Shown here one piece after another: positions 39,932 to 53,149 of a stretch of 64,000 nucleotides of DNA (within the stretch, counting starts at the first letter, position 1; the number at the start of each line of letters is the position of its first letter). Below the pieces are notes generated by a model. It saw only the letters and a program-made list of their open reading frames with translations. It was not told where the DNA came from and did not search any database. A program made the translations under genes and the position numbers. The stretch is taken from assembly GCA_964016885.1 (NCBI GenBank), contig OZ024743.1, forward strand, positions 160,766,001 through 160,830,000, read 5' to 3'. Source of the DNA: Eledone cirrhosa. Lineage: Eukaryota.

Positions 39932-41836
39932 TAATAAATTTGAAGACTAAAATCCAAAGAGGGCTCGATAATGATAAATATATATCAAATATATAAGAAC
40001 CGTAGAGCAAATATTTATTAAAATAACAGATTAAAATTTAAGCAAAGAATCGCTGCTTTCACCCTTAACGGGATCTTCTGAAACTAACAAAGTCAATCTG
40101 TGAACGCAGAAGTGGATATTTCAAAAAACGTTGCAACCGGAGGAAGACAGGAAGACGATACTTTGGTTCGTGGAAACGTTCCCTGGCAAAGAACGGGAAA
40201 AAACGAATATAAAACGTCATTAATAGGAGCGGTGAAAAACAATTACGCGCAAAGACAGAACCACGTTTATGGTATAAAAGAAGTCGTAGACTAATCTTCT
40301 CTTAGGTGGTTCATAGAGACGTTCTCTAGCAATGAACGGAAAAAACGAAGATAATACGTCATATGTGGGGCGTGGAGAACAATTGCACGCAGAGACAAAA
40401 CCACGTAAATGGTATAGCTGAAGTCGTAGACTAAAATTCTAACTAGGAGACCGAAAGAATCTCCGTTTCAGAGTAAAGAATAAAGTAAATAAATACAATA
40501 CAGGGGTAATATAAATTAAATAAATGCATACACAAATTCAAATACGTACATACACAAGCATACGCAAAACACTTGCTTTAGGTATACAAAACCACGCACA
40601 TATAAATATGTGTGTGTGTGTGCGTGTATACAAATAAATAATTAAATAAACGTATATTAATAAATAAATACGTATATAACAAGCGCACCCACATACCTAC
40701 ATGTAAATACACAAATGTTCGAAGACGTAAGTCAGCCATAACATGAAGTACACAAATACACACGCCCTACATACGTACGAACCTGCATACACACGCAGAC
40801 GCAAAACTCCCGTATACACATAACCAAACCATATGTACCAGAAAATATAAAAAATGTATACGCCACAACATAATCAATCAAATATACGTATGAGAAAGTA
40901 TACGTACCTTCACAAAACATACAGGTAATATATACTTACCTATGCAAATAAGTAATGGTATAAACAAAACATATACTTAGCTACCACATCAAGACGTAAA
41001 AAAATCCACGTATAGATCCTACTATCCGTTAGGGTATAATGTGGGGCTGTAATACAGGAAAATTTTGTGCAATTTATGTTTACAAGCCGAAATTGCCTCA
41101 GATTTTTTTGTTTAAGGTGTGGTCTGTGGCGTAGAGTATTTCCAGGGCCTCGGCGGCGCAGAGGTGACATGGTTTTTTATTTCCGTTATACGATCTAGCC
41201 CTAGCTAGGATCTCCCAGTGTAACTTATATTGGGTGTGGTTGTCTTTTAGACTCCAGAAATAAGCTGAAAGTGAGGTCATATTCCTTCTAAGAGGGTAAC
41301 GAAAAGAATGGGAATGCATGTAAAGACGCAGCTTGAATCTATTGGCGGTTAACCCTATGTAGACCCTACGGGACGTGGGTGTTTCAACCTTACATTTGTA
41401 GACAATGTTACTAGAGAGGCATTTCCCGGATAGGGGGCAATCGACCCGATTCCTACAAATACAGTTAGTACTAACTACAGGCTTGCACGTGTTCCTTCGG
41501 TTAGGTAGTTTAGCTAAATTTGAAACTGTGATGTTATGTGCAAGGTTAGGAGTCGTAGAGTAAGAAATTTTAATAGTATTTCTATTAAAAATTTTACTAT
41601 ATTTATGTGTAGGGGGAAAATGCTTCGTAATAAGGGAAAGAAAGATCTTAGCTAATGGTGTGGCCACCTCCATATTATATGGTGGGTTATACCAACAAAT
41701 GCGACGGGATCTATTACGTCTAGGTCTATCTTCGTCCTCTGCGTTTACAGATTGACTTTGTTAGTTTCAGAGGATCCCGTTAAGGGTGAAAGCAGCGATT
41801 CTTTGCTTAAATTTTTAATCTGTTATTTTAATAAAC
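39925..41836 (-). mobile_element. Penelope-like element family B, 5'-truncated, with an inverted pseudo-LTR at the truncated end
   Basis: GIY-YIG ORF present; 40014-40111 is inverted relative to 41738-41836; (TA)n flanks; hammerhead-like motifs at 40035-40085 (-) and 41763-41813 (+). Confidence 0.88.
41098..41673 (-). pseudogene. Penelope GIY-YIG endonuclease fragment
   Basis: CICRNRVDCPLSGKCLSSNIVYKC..VYIGLT..FKLR..H, followed by CHLCAAE. Confidence 0.85.
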
Positions 41837-42032
<196 letters not shown>

Positions 42033-42689
42033 GTGCGTATGTCTTTGTGTGTCGGCTAAATCGATCCAGTATTTCATTGATTAGTTATTTATCCTCCACA
42101 GAAAAATGAAAGGCAGATATAACCATGCTGGGATTTGAACTCTGCTTTATTCACTGACGCAATTATCCGTCAATAGATAGGTGTTCTAATACCAATATTG
42201 TTTGTTTTAAACTTGGAAAAGCAATATGAAACTGCAGAGCATGATTATACTTTGGTCATTACTATTACTCTTTAGCCCCGAGTTTAGTCTGATTGAGCAG
42301 CCCTATTATCACAGAGTATTTTTCCCTCAGCAATTGTCTACTTAGTCCTGAATTACTGGTAATGTTTGATTCGAAAGCTACTTTACCTAGCATTTCGAAG
42401 TATTATGTAGAAAGGCCTGTCATTAACGCTAATATGTTCCTGTTATAAACACTTGCTCTTGTATTGTGCAAACAAAAATCTACTCTTTGCTATTTTAATG
42501 ATTGATCCATATCACAGTCTAGCTTTCATGTCCCCTATGTTTGCAGCAATAAAGGGGGGACAATGTTAACTTAGATGATAAATAAACAGAGGAATTGTTA
42601 TACAGGAACAGTAAGAAGTAAATGAAAAGAATAATTCACCAACACACATAAGGCGTCTATTGTCATCTGTCGTAATGTCCATTTTCCTT

Positions 42690-43870
<1,181 letters not shown>

Positions 43871-43994
43871 ACATACATACATACATAAATACATGCATAC
43901 ATACATACATACAAACATACATACATACATACATACATACATACATACATACATACATACATACATACATACATACATACATACATACATACAT

Positions 43995-46805
43995 GCATGA
44001 CATCAGTCAACGCGATCAGTTGCATATTTTGGCGTCGGAGACTATTCATTAAATTTAAGATGAATACTATCTCCAACAGTAATGCCACAACTACCAGTCA
44101 TATTGAATAACTGGATATTCTTCTACCTATATCTACTGAAGACACCTTTTATTCGAATTCGTGTAGATATCCGACTAAATACATAATTCATTTTACAAGG
44201 ATATGCTACAAACAGCATGGCTGAACATAACAACAAAAACATCAGTGGAGTACCGCAGAATAATGAGAAAGGTAAATAAAATTTATTCAGACAAATAACA
44301 AAGAAGGTAATCAAACTTTATTCAGTTGTAGCTACAGAAGAAACCAAAATTATGAATCGCATTTCTCTTGGAGTTGCGAACTTCATGATGATTTATTTAA
44401 TTGTTATAAAATGGCAAAAGAACAATCCCTCCATTGGCTATATGAACAGAATGAAGCTACACTGGGATGAAATATATCCAGAGCTAAATCACTTCACAGC
44501 GAAACAATTACGCCAACAAGCGACGTTTGTTGAACGTTAAAATAAGATAAATATGATTAATTGTAAGTCCCCCACAACAAACATGGAATCAAGAAAACGT
44601 GCTACAAGTCCCCATGCTACTAGACTTCCTAGCAGCCAGGTCGAACAGTTCCTTGAAACAACTATGCCTGTAAGAAATTTGACACCACGTGTACCATCAA
44701 AGTCTACCTCGAATGCTGGGTAAAACACTATCGATAATAATAATAATCGAATAATAATAATAATAATCGAAGAACTTTGACACCACGTGTACCATCCGAG
44801 TCTACCTCGACTATTGTGGAAAATACTATCGATAATGATAATAATCAAAAGTATAAACAATTGAAAATTTCCCTCAACGAAATCTTCCAGAGAGAAATTA
44901 ATTCATGTATAAACATTTCTCTTGTTGAAAGTTTTAAAACAACAATATTTAATAAAAAACCAAATAATGTAATATTACGTGTTATTGACGAAATAGGGAT
45001 GAATATTTACAACGGAAAAAAACCCTAACACTTTGGCAAATCAACGCCTGTTTATATGCCTTAGCAACGACAGTAAAGCATTATCTTGGTGATAGCAGAT
45101 ATATTAACAAGAACAAAACACCAACAAAAATACCATCATATATAACTAAAATAGAAAAAAAGATTGCTGACCTACGAAAAACCATAGGATATGTGACAAT
45201 GCTCCTTACATGCAAACAAACACAAAAAACCTCACTCCTCACCAACAAAGAGTGAAAAATAAAATAGAGACGATGTTTGGTAACAGTAGAACCAGAACTC
45301 TTCAATATAAGCTGATTACCCTCAAACAAGAATTGACAGATGTTAGCGAAAAAGACCGATACCTGAAGAAGGTAGATGAAAGAAAAGTGCTTAATAAAAG
45401 ATTCAGACGAAACCAAACATCAGTCTATAGAGATATGAAGGTCAAAATAATAAGTGTCACTGAGGCCCCATCCCAGAAAGACAGATTCCTTTTGGAGAAA
45501 AATATGGGGTGAAAAGAAGAATTTCCACCAAGATGCAGTGTGGCTAAAAGAATTCCTAAAGAACTATTGAGGGTACCCTTGAGATTGTGATAGGAAAACT
45601 CCAAGATAAGAAAACACCAGGAGGAGACATGATTGTCGGCTATTGGTACAAAAAACCGATATTCTATCGGAGGGGTCTTACTGACCTCTACCAACAAGTT
45701 CTTAAGGGTGATACACTTATACCAGAATGGTTGACATTAGCACAAACGTTACTGGTCCCCAAGAACAAAGACACCCACTTGGCAAAAATGCACCGACCCA
45801 TTGAATGCCAGAACCGGATGTATAAGATGTATACAGCCTGCCTGAACCTATTCCTCCAAGATCACTGTGAAAATAATAACATCATCACAGATGAACAAGC
45901 AGCTGGGAAGAAAGGGGTTTGCGGAAGTGCTGAACAACTCCTAATCAACAAAACTGCGATGTCGGAGGTGCGACAACTTAGGAGGAGTATGGCTACAGTC
46001 TGGCTGGACTACAGGAAAGCTTTCGATTCTGTTCCCCACTCTTGGAGTAATGAGGCTCTTTGACTTGCTAAAGTCCCAGACATTATTATCAGAGCCATAG
46101 AGAAGCTGTCTTCTTTTTGGGTTACTATCCTAAAGTTAAAGACAGAGAAGGAGGACTCTATTTTCACTGATAAAATAAAATATCGCAGGGTTATATTTCA
46201 GGGAGACAGTCTCTTTGTGATATTATTCATCCTGTCATTAAACCCCTTGTCCTTTCTGCTCAACAAATGTGAAGGATACATCATTGGCTCACAGGAGGAC
46301 AGAAATACGAACCTAACCCATAATTTCTTTGTGGATGATCTGAAACTCTATGCCAAGAACATGGATGGGATGAAGAAAAATCTTGACCTCGTTACAGCAT
46401 TCTCAAAGGATATAGGAATGGAGTTTGGCCAAGATAAATGCTCATATATGACTGTAAAGCGGGGAAATACAACAACCCAATCTAGCCACATTGTCATCAA
46501 TGGCCTAACTGTTTCACCGATATCTGATGAGGACTGTTACAGATACCTGGGGATAGATGAGAACATATCCTATAATGGTATCTGTAATAAGGAACGCGTA
46601 ACAAGGGAATACCGATTAAGAAATATATGGTCATCGGAACTCTCTGCGCAAAACAAAACAGCGGCTCACAGTGTGTTTGCTGTGCCTGTCCTAACACCAA
46701 CTTTTGGAATACTCAATTGGACGATAGACGAAATCCGAGCGATTGATGTTGGAACTCGAAAAATACTAAACAACACCGGAAACTTCCACATCAACAGTGA
46801 CATTT
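43995..46805 (+). mobile_element. (CATA)n-associated R4-like element, 5' end through RT, disrupted and 3'-truncated
   Basis: WLDYRKAFDSVPH and FFVDDLKLY; starts right after (CATA)n, at the same point as 58885. Confidence 0.85.
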
Positions 46806-47477
46806 CACTGGATTTCCCAGAAAATAAACCATGAAATTCAAGAAGCTTTGATAATCAGTTCTTCAATATAATCAGTTATAGAATGATACAAGTAGATAAA
46901 TAAATGATATAACTGACAAACCAGAAATTATGAATTAGTTCAAATAAATCTGAAGAAATTTTCAATAAATTTTCATAAAATTTAGAACTTATCAACTAGT
47001 TCAAAGACATTATCACTTAGTTCAAAGATATTCTCAACTAGTTCAAAGAAAGTATCAATAAAGCTAAAGATTTCAAAGGAAAAATCAATTGTTTCAAAAA
47101 CTTAATTATTAATACGAAATTAGCAATAAATTCAAAGTAATTACGAACTAGTTCAATGGAATTAGTAACTAGTTCAAATGTTTTCAGCACTGAAACGCAT
47201 CACACTAAATAAAAATATTTCTCGAAAGAGTATTTCTGACTGATTGGTTTAGAGGAAGTGCATCAGTATTTCCTATTGTTATTTCCGATACATAATTAGT
47301 TCATTAGACAGCATACTGCTGTATTACCTATGGCTATGAGTAGATAATTTATAATCCAATTATAAAATATGTACCTTACACATTAACTCTCTTGATTGGC
47401 TTTCTATGATCTCTCCAGCCAGGACTATATATCTGTTGATAGACTGCTTTCACTGCTCGTTAATCTATGTGAAGCCA

Positions 47478-47667
47478 TGGAAGGCGGTGGATTGGCAGTA
47501 TCGGTAGAGGATCGGACGCCATGCTTTCCAGCATAGTTACGTCCCTTTACGATCTGAGTTCAAATCCCGCCGAGGTTGACTTTGCCTTTCATCCTTACGG
47601 GGTCGATAAAATAAAGTACTAGTAATGCACTGGGTAATTGCTGGCCTTGTGCCTAAAGTAGAAACAA
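47478..47667 (+). mobile_element. Full-length tRNA-derived SINE with an 18-bp target-site duplication
   Basis: TSD ttaatctatgtgaagcca at 47460-47477 and 47668-47685; A and B boxes present. Confidence 0.92.
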
Positions 47668-47775
47668 TTAATCTATGTGAAGCCAGCGAGGGAGCTTCAA
47701 CATGGTTACGCTACTTGTTTGAAACAGCAGCTATATTTCCATCAATTCCGATCATAGCACTTACAAAAAGAATAA

Positions 47776-48043
47776 TGGTTTCTACTTTTGGCACAAGGCC
47801 AGCAATTTTCCCAGTACATTACTGGTACTTTATTTTATCGACCCCGTAAGGATGAAAGGCAAAGTTAACCTCGGCGGGATTTGAACTCAGACTGTAAAGG
47901 GACGTAATTATGCTGGAAAGCATGGCGTCCGACTCTCTACCGAATGCTTTCCAGCATAATTACGTCCCTTTACGCTTTACGGTCTGAGTTCAAATCCCGC
48001 CGAGGTTAACTTTGACTTTCATCCTTATGGGGTCGATAAAATA
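47776..48043. mobile_element. SINE on the minus strand (47776-47943) fused to an inverted partial SINE on the plus strand (47944-48043)
   Basis: Same family as 47478-47667. Confidence 0.85.
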
Positions 48044-48174
48044 AGAATAATAGATAATATATTTGGGCGGAAAGTGAAATATGGTCTCGTCACATTTATA
48101 ATTCCTTTTGATCTTATGTCTGCTTGGTCAAAATGGATGCGAGGCTAAAAAACAACAATAACTACTAGAGTAGT

Positions 48175-48224
<50 letters not shown>

Positions 48225-48446
48225 TGATGTTTGTCATAAGTTAATCAAGTGTGATGGAGCATGTGCATGTTCTCTCATGGTCAGATTGATGCGACCAATA
48301 ATCTGTAGTTTAATGTCTGAAGGAAAAGCGTAAGATCGAAATTTGTGTTTTAATCTGAGTTCATGAAACCTGCTATAAGCATGCAATGAATAACATGCCG
48401 TAGTGTTAAATCTAGGAGTATGTTATTAAGAGGTGATAAACCGCGA

Positions 48447-48659
48447 TTGCCAATAAAAATACACGCACCTGTTGGATTCACTTCAATTTATTATAAATTT
48501 CCGGTTGGCTGGTTGGTTGGTTTTATGACTGCATGGTAGTTTGTTTATATATTGTTACAGCTCTATAAACAACCATCTGGTTATCGAACCAACCAACTAA
48601 CCGGAAATTTATAATAAATTGAAGTGAAAACCATTAGGTGCGTGCGTTTTTATTGGCAA
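48447..48659. mobile_element. MITE-like hairpin with terminal inverted repeats of about 75 bp
   Basis: ttgccaataaaaa..cacttcaatttattataaatttccggtt and its reverse complement at 48587-48659. Confidence 0.65.
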
Positions 48660-48734
48660 CATGACCCTCCCAAAGTATAACAATACCTCTTTCAACACAC
48701 GTTTTCAGATAAGAGACCTTGCAAAACAAATTCA

Positions 48735-48772
<38 letters not shown>

Positions 48773-49031
48773 GGAAAAAATGAAACGAAATTTCATTTCC
48801 CACTCTTAGTACGGCTGTTACTTAAATATAAGTATGTACACCTACATACATATATGTATACAGACGTACAGTAGTATGTATATATATACATACATGCACA
48901 CATATATATATGTACGTATGGATTCACCGAACATTTATTATAATGCTAGGTGTGTTTGTAAACAAATATCCCGTATTAAGCCGTAGTGTCTAGCAACCAT
49001 CGTTGTTCGTTTGTTCAACACTGACAAAGGA

Positions 49032-49074
49032 ACGCTGTACTAGTTTCAAGCTTATTAGCTATCGTCAGCAACGT
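49032..49074 (-). ncRNA. Type I minimal hammerhead with canonical core
   Basis: ACGUUG-CUGACGA-uAGCU aaua AGCUu-GAAA-CUAG-UA-CAGCGU. Confidence 0.88.
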
Positions 49075-49455
49075 ATACCTTCCTGCCAAATTGTTGAACG
49101 TATATACTTACCTTATGCATATTAACGGCTGAGTAGCCCAATTTGCATATCGAGTGGGTTAATCGGCCGGGTGCACCGTAAACGATAAACGGGAAAAAAA
49201 TGAAACGAAATTTCATTTCCCACTCTTAGTACGGCTGTTACTTAAATATAAGTATGTACACGTACATACATATATGCATACCGACGTACAGTAGTATGTA
49301 TATATATATATACATACATGCACACATATATATATGCACGTATGGTTTCACCGAACATTTATTATAATGCTCGGTGTATTTGTAAACAAACATCCCGTAC
49401 TAAGCCATAGTGTCTAGCAACCATCGTTGCTCGTTTGTTCAACACTGACAAAGGA

Positions 49456-49498
49456 ACGCTGTACTAGTTTCAAGCTTATTAGCTATCACCAGCAACGT
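49456..49498 (-). ncRNA. Second hammerhead copy with mutated core CUGGUGA
   Basis: Stems identical to 49032-49074; A6G change. Confidence 0.75.
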
Positions 49499-49553
49499 AT
49501 GCCTACCTGCCAAATTGTTGAACGTATATACTTACTTTATGCATATTAACGGC

Positions 49554-49598
<45 letters not shown>

Positions 49599-49667
49599 AA
49601 AAAAAGATGAAATCGAAAAGGCAACTGGAGTCTTATTTTTAAAAAAATATATATATATATTTGGTTC

Positions 49668-49703
49668 CTTTACCGGTTTCGCAGTTCTTCTGCTTTTCAA
49701 AAG
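49668..49703 (-). ncRNA. Type I minimal hammerhead, U3-A8 variant
   Basis: CUU-UUGAAAA-GCAG aagaa CUGC-GAAA-CCGG-UA-AAG, ending a few nt before (TA)n. Confidence 0.8.
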
Positions 49704-51559
49704 TAGAGTTGAGATGGAGGGTCTGTGGTTTTTCTCACATCTGGTCTCTGAATGTTATATATATATATTTAAAGTGCCTAAGACACACCGTGTGTCATGG
49801 TCCTGTCCCTACGTCTCTATCAGGTGTTACGTGTAAAAAGAAAGGGATGTTATTAGAGCAAACGCCTAAATACTAGGCCTCCTGTCCATAGACATATGGT
49901 GGTCTTAACACTATCCACTTAACTTTGTCGCATTTTCTATAATGGTATTAACTCTGATTTTTAAGAAGATAGTATTAAGTATTCCAATAAACACAACAAC
50001 CAACGATGATTACTTTCTCTTACATCTATCCCTCAGTGTTGGAAACGAACTACAGTTCAGGAATTCCATATTTGTGAAGGAAATGGTATAAAATGTAAGC
50101 CACTCTCAGCTAAGGCGTAATCTTTTCAAATCTTATCCAAACATTTCTGGGCCCAGGGAAAGTTCCATCAATAGACACAGTCATCCTTTGCTAAACACAA
50201 TTTGATGTTATACTCTTGAACACCCCTTTACATACTATTTGGTGGTTGTTGCTGTTTTTTTTTTATTTTGCTCCTGATCAGCCTGAGTTTTTTCTGATTT
50301 ATAAGATCTGTTAACCGTTATGTCTTCCAGGTTGACGACCACGTAGAATATCTATCATTGGTGGGAATACACTTGGTGTATGACAGTGGTGATCAAATGG
50401 TGTTTTGTTACTAGAACTGTTACACTCGCATAAACATTCATCAACTTTAAGAAAGAAAATATAGTACCTCCAATGATAAATTGACGTCTATTTTACTGGA
50501 CTGTAATATGTTAAACACACAATAATCCACCACCAATTAAACATTTTACTCTTCTCGATTGCTTCTACAAAACGAATGCGCGTACTTTTCTTATTTTCAC
50601 TGGAGGTGTATCGACTACTCTGCTTTATGCTCTGAAAGATCTCAAAGTCAGAAATTCAAGTAGCGGCCAAAGCTGATTCCCAATTTCTACTGCCTTTTCC
50701 ACTTTTTCCACTTTCTATCACATTTTTACCCACTACATGCCACTTTCTACTCTGTCTCCCAATAGCTGCCATTTCTTAGTGCTTCCCACTAGTTCCATCA
50801 CTTCCTACGATTTTTCAATAGCTTCCTACTTCTGCATGTTTTATGGGAAGATTGAAACAATCTTCTGTTGCACCATACTATCTACTCCAAGCAGACATGA
50901 GGCTTTGATAATAAAATAACAAACTAACGAGACATTTTTTAATTATATAGTACCGACGCTTCTTACAAAAGTACACTGTATTAACATACTGTTTGTATTA
51001 AGAGATAGGTGGATTGAGTACAGTGACGGCGTATATTTTCCCATGAAACATTGAGCGTTCACAGATTGCCAATATATTTGGTCAGAAATGCAATTTTATA
51101 TCAAGTCACCCATACAATATGCAACATTTATCATATATACAATATTTTACCATACATTATCAATGAGTTGATCAAATAACTAGAACACTGAAAAGTATTA
51201 ATCTATATGTCATTATATAATATTCAAGATCTTATAAAAATCTCAATATAACATTGTATATATTACACGCCCTACAGTGTTATCAAATATACAATATCGT
51301 TGAGTATTGCAGGCGTGGAATAATTATTATACTGATGTTGAGTAATTGGATTAATCAACTGGATTTCTGGCTCACTCCGTTCAAGTCATCGTCGCTTAAG
51401 CGAGTCACTTAATTCATCCAGGGTTTCAAAGTTGACGGAAGAAATCGTTATTAATGTAGAAATATGAAGGCAAGAAAAGAAGCGAATACAATCTGCGATC
51501 CAGTTTTGATATACGATATCATTATATAATACGATTGTATTATCTTCCATCAATTCCAA

Positions 51560-51666
<107 letters not shown>

Positions 51667-51729
51667 CACACACAGAAACACACACACACACACAGAAACA
51701 CACATACAGAAACACACACACAGAAACAC

Positions 51730-51762
<33 letters not shown>

Positions 51763-53149
51763 AACACACACTTTTAAAGAATAGCGATATTAGGAGAATG
51801 AATGGATGGTGATTAGATAAAGACGGGAGAATGCTGGACTACATACTTTGCAACACTTATGTTTTTGATAAGATGTGTGCAGATCTTACCTCGGTATATT
51901 TTTGCTTTTATACCTCCTGCGTTGACACACTATTTACTACCATTACCTTTGTCTAATCAACAATATTCTCACATCCATTTTAATACTAAACTTTTAGTAT
52001 TAGAATGCATGTGTAAATATTGTTGATAAGACAAAGGCAGGAGGTATTTTCATTGGCGCACAACTTGTTTTGTTTTAGGCCCAGGTAAAGCTTGGTTGTG
52101 TAGTCAAATGAGAAAGGATGAGGGTGATGTTTAGGCTCAAATCAGACTTGGTCAAGTAAACTATTGATCAAAGGCATTCTAATCATGACCATTTCATCTG
52201 TTTTATATATATATATATATATCAGACACTTGGGGACTACAATTCCTAATGTATTATATACTCAAGACTAGTTTGTTGTTTGAGCAAGATTTAGCTACAA
52301 ATTTTAGCAGGTCAAGCAACCGCATAGGCGCTCATAACAATCAGTAATATATTGAATAAAGGTTAAATTCATTGTTTGTGCTCGTGATTTGCAGATCTGT
52401 TCTAATATAAGAAATTAAATCGATTTCTAACATAGTGCACACACTTTGCATGAGAAGATACAATCGTATTTTATTCATTCCGGTAAAAAGAACCTCAAAA
52501 TTAAACTCAGAGGGATTTGGACTCAGAGCGCAAACGTTCGGCGCTAAATACAGCATGGCATTTTGTCTTTCCCACTATCGAATCTGTCCATCCACCTCCC
52601 CCCATATACCATTACATTAGCAGAAATTATTTTATTATATTAGCACAGATCATATGGAATTGATTGTATTAATATATATTACATTATTGTATTAACCTAG
52701 ACCACTTAAAATGTATTATATTGCCATGTATTAGGTTATTATATTCGCATGAATTGTATTATATTATATTTCATATTAGATTATATTATGTATGAAGTCA
52801 GTTGTTATGGAAATGATGATAATACAATCATAGTAATGACAATATAATGTTATGTTGACCTCCTTTATCATATCGTGTTCGTCCATCGGTAATCAATGAA
52901 GAACGTGATCTCTATTACAGTGTTGATTGGGATTTAAGTACCTTCGATGTCTAATGATGCCTCATGTAGAGTACATGCAGTTACCGACTTCATTCAGATG
53001 TCGGCCAACCGGGTTTTGTGGAGCTCAATTTTAGTTTCTGTTGCCTGAATGCGGGCGCGAGTAAGGATTTCGTGGTAGGAGTGTAACATACAAGACTGTT
53101 CTCAGAAAGCTAATTCTGGATTTAAATTGAGCATGGATTTAAATGCTAT

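Larger units (their letters stand above)
48769..49557 (-). mobile_element. Retrozyme-like family A: about 1.9 tandem copies of a ~420-424-nt non-coding unit, each with a hammerhead, between (TA)n tracts
   Basis: 48769-49132 recurs at 49187-49557; hammerheads are 424 nt apart. Confidence 0.85.

Noticed and set aside
47484-47572. tRNA-like A and B boxes
   Set aside because: This is the head of a SINE with a TSD, not a cloverleaf tRNA gene.
50600-51520. Unique-looking sequence as possible host exons
   Set aside because: No sustained frame, recognisable domain or convincing splice-site pair.
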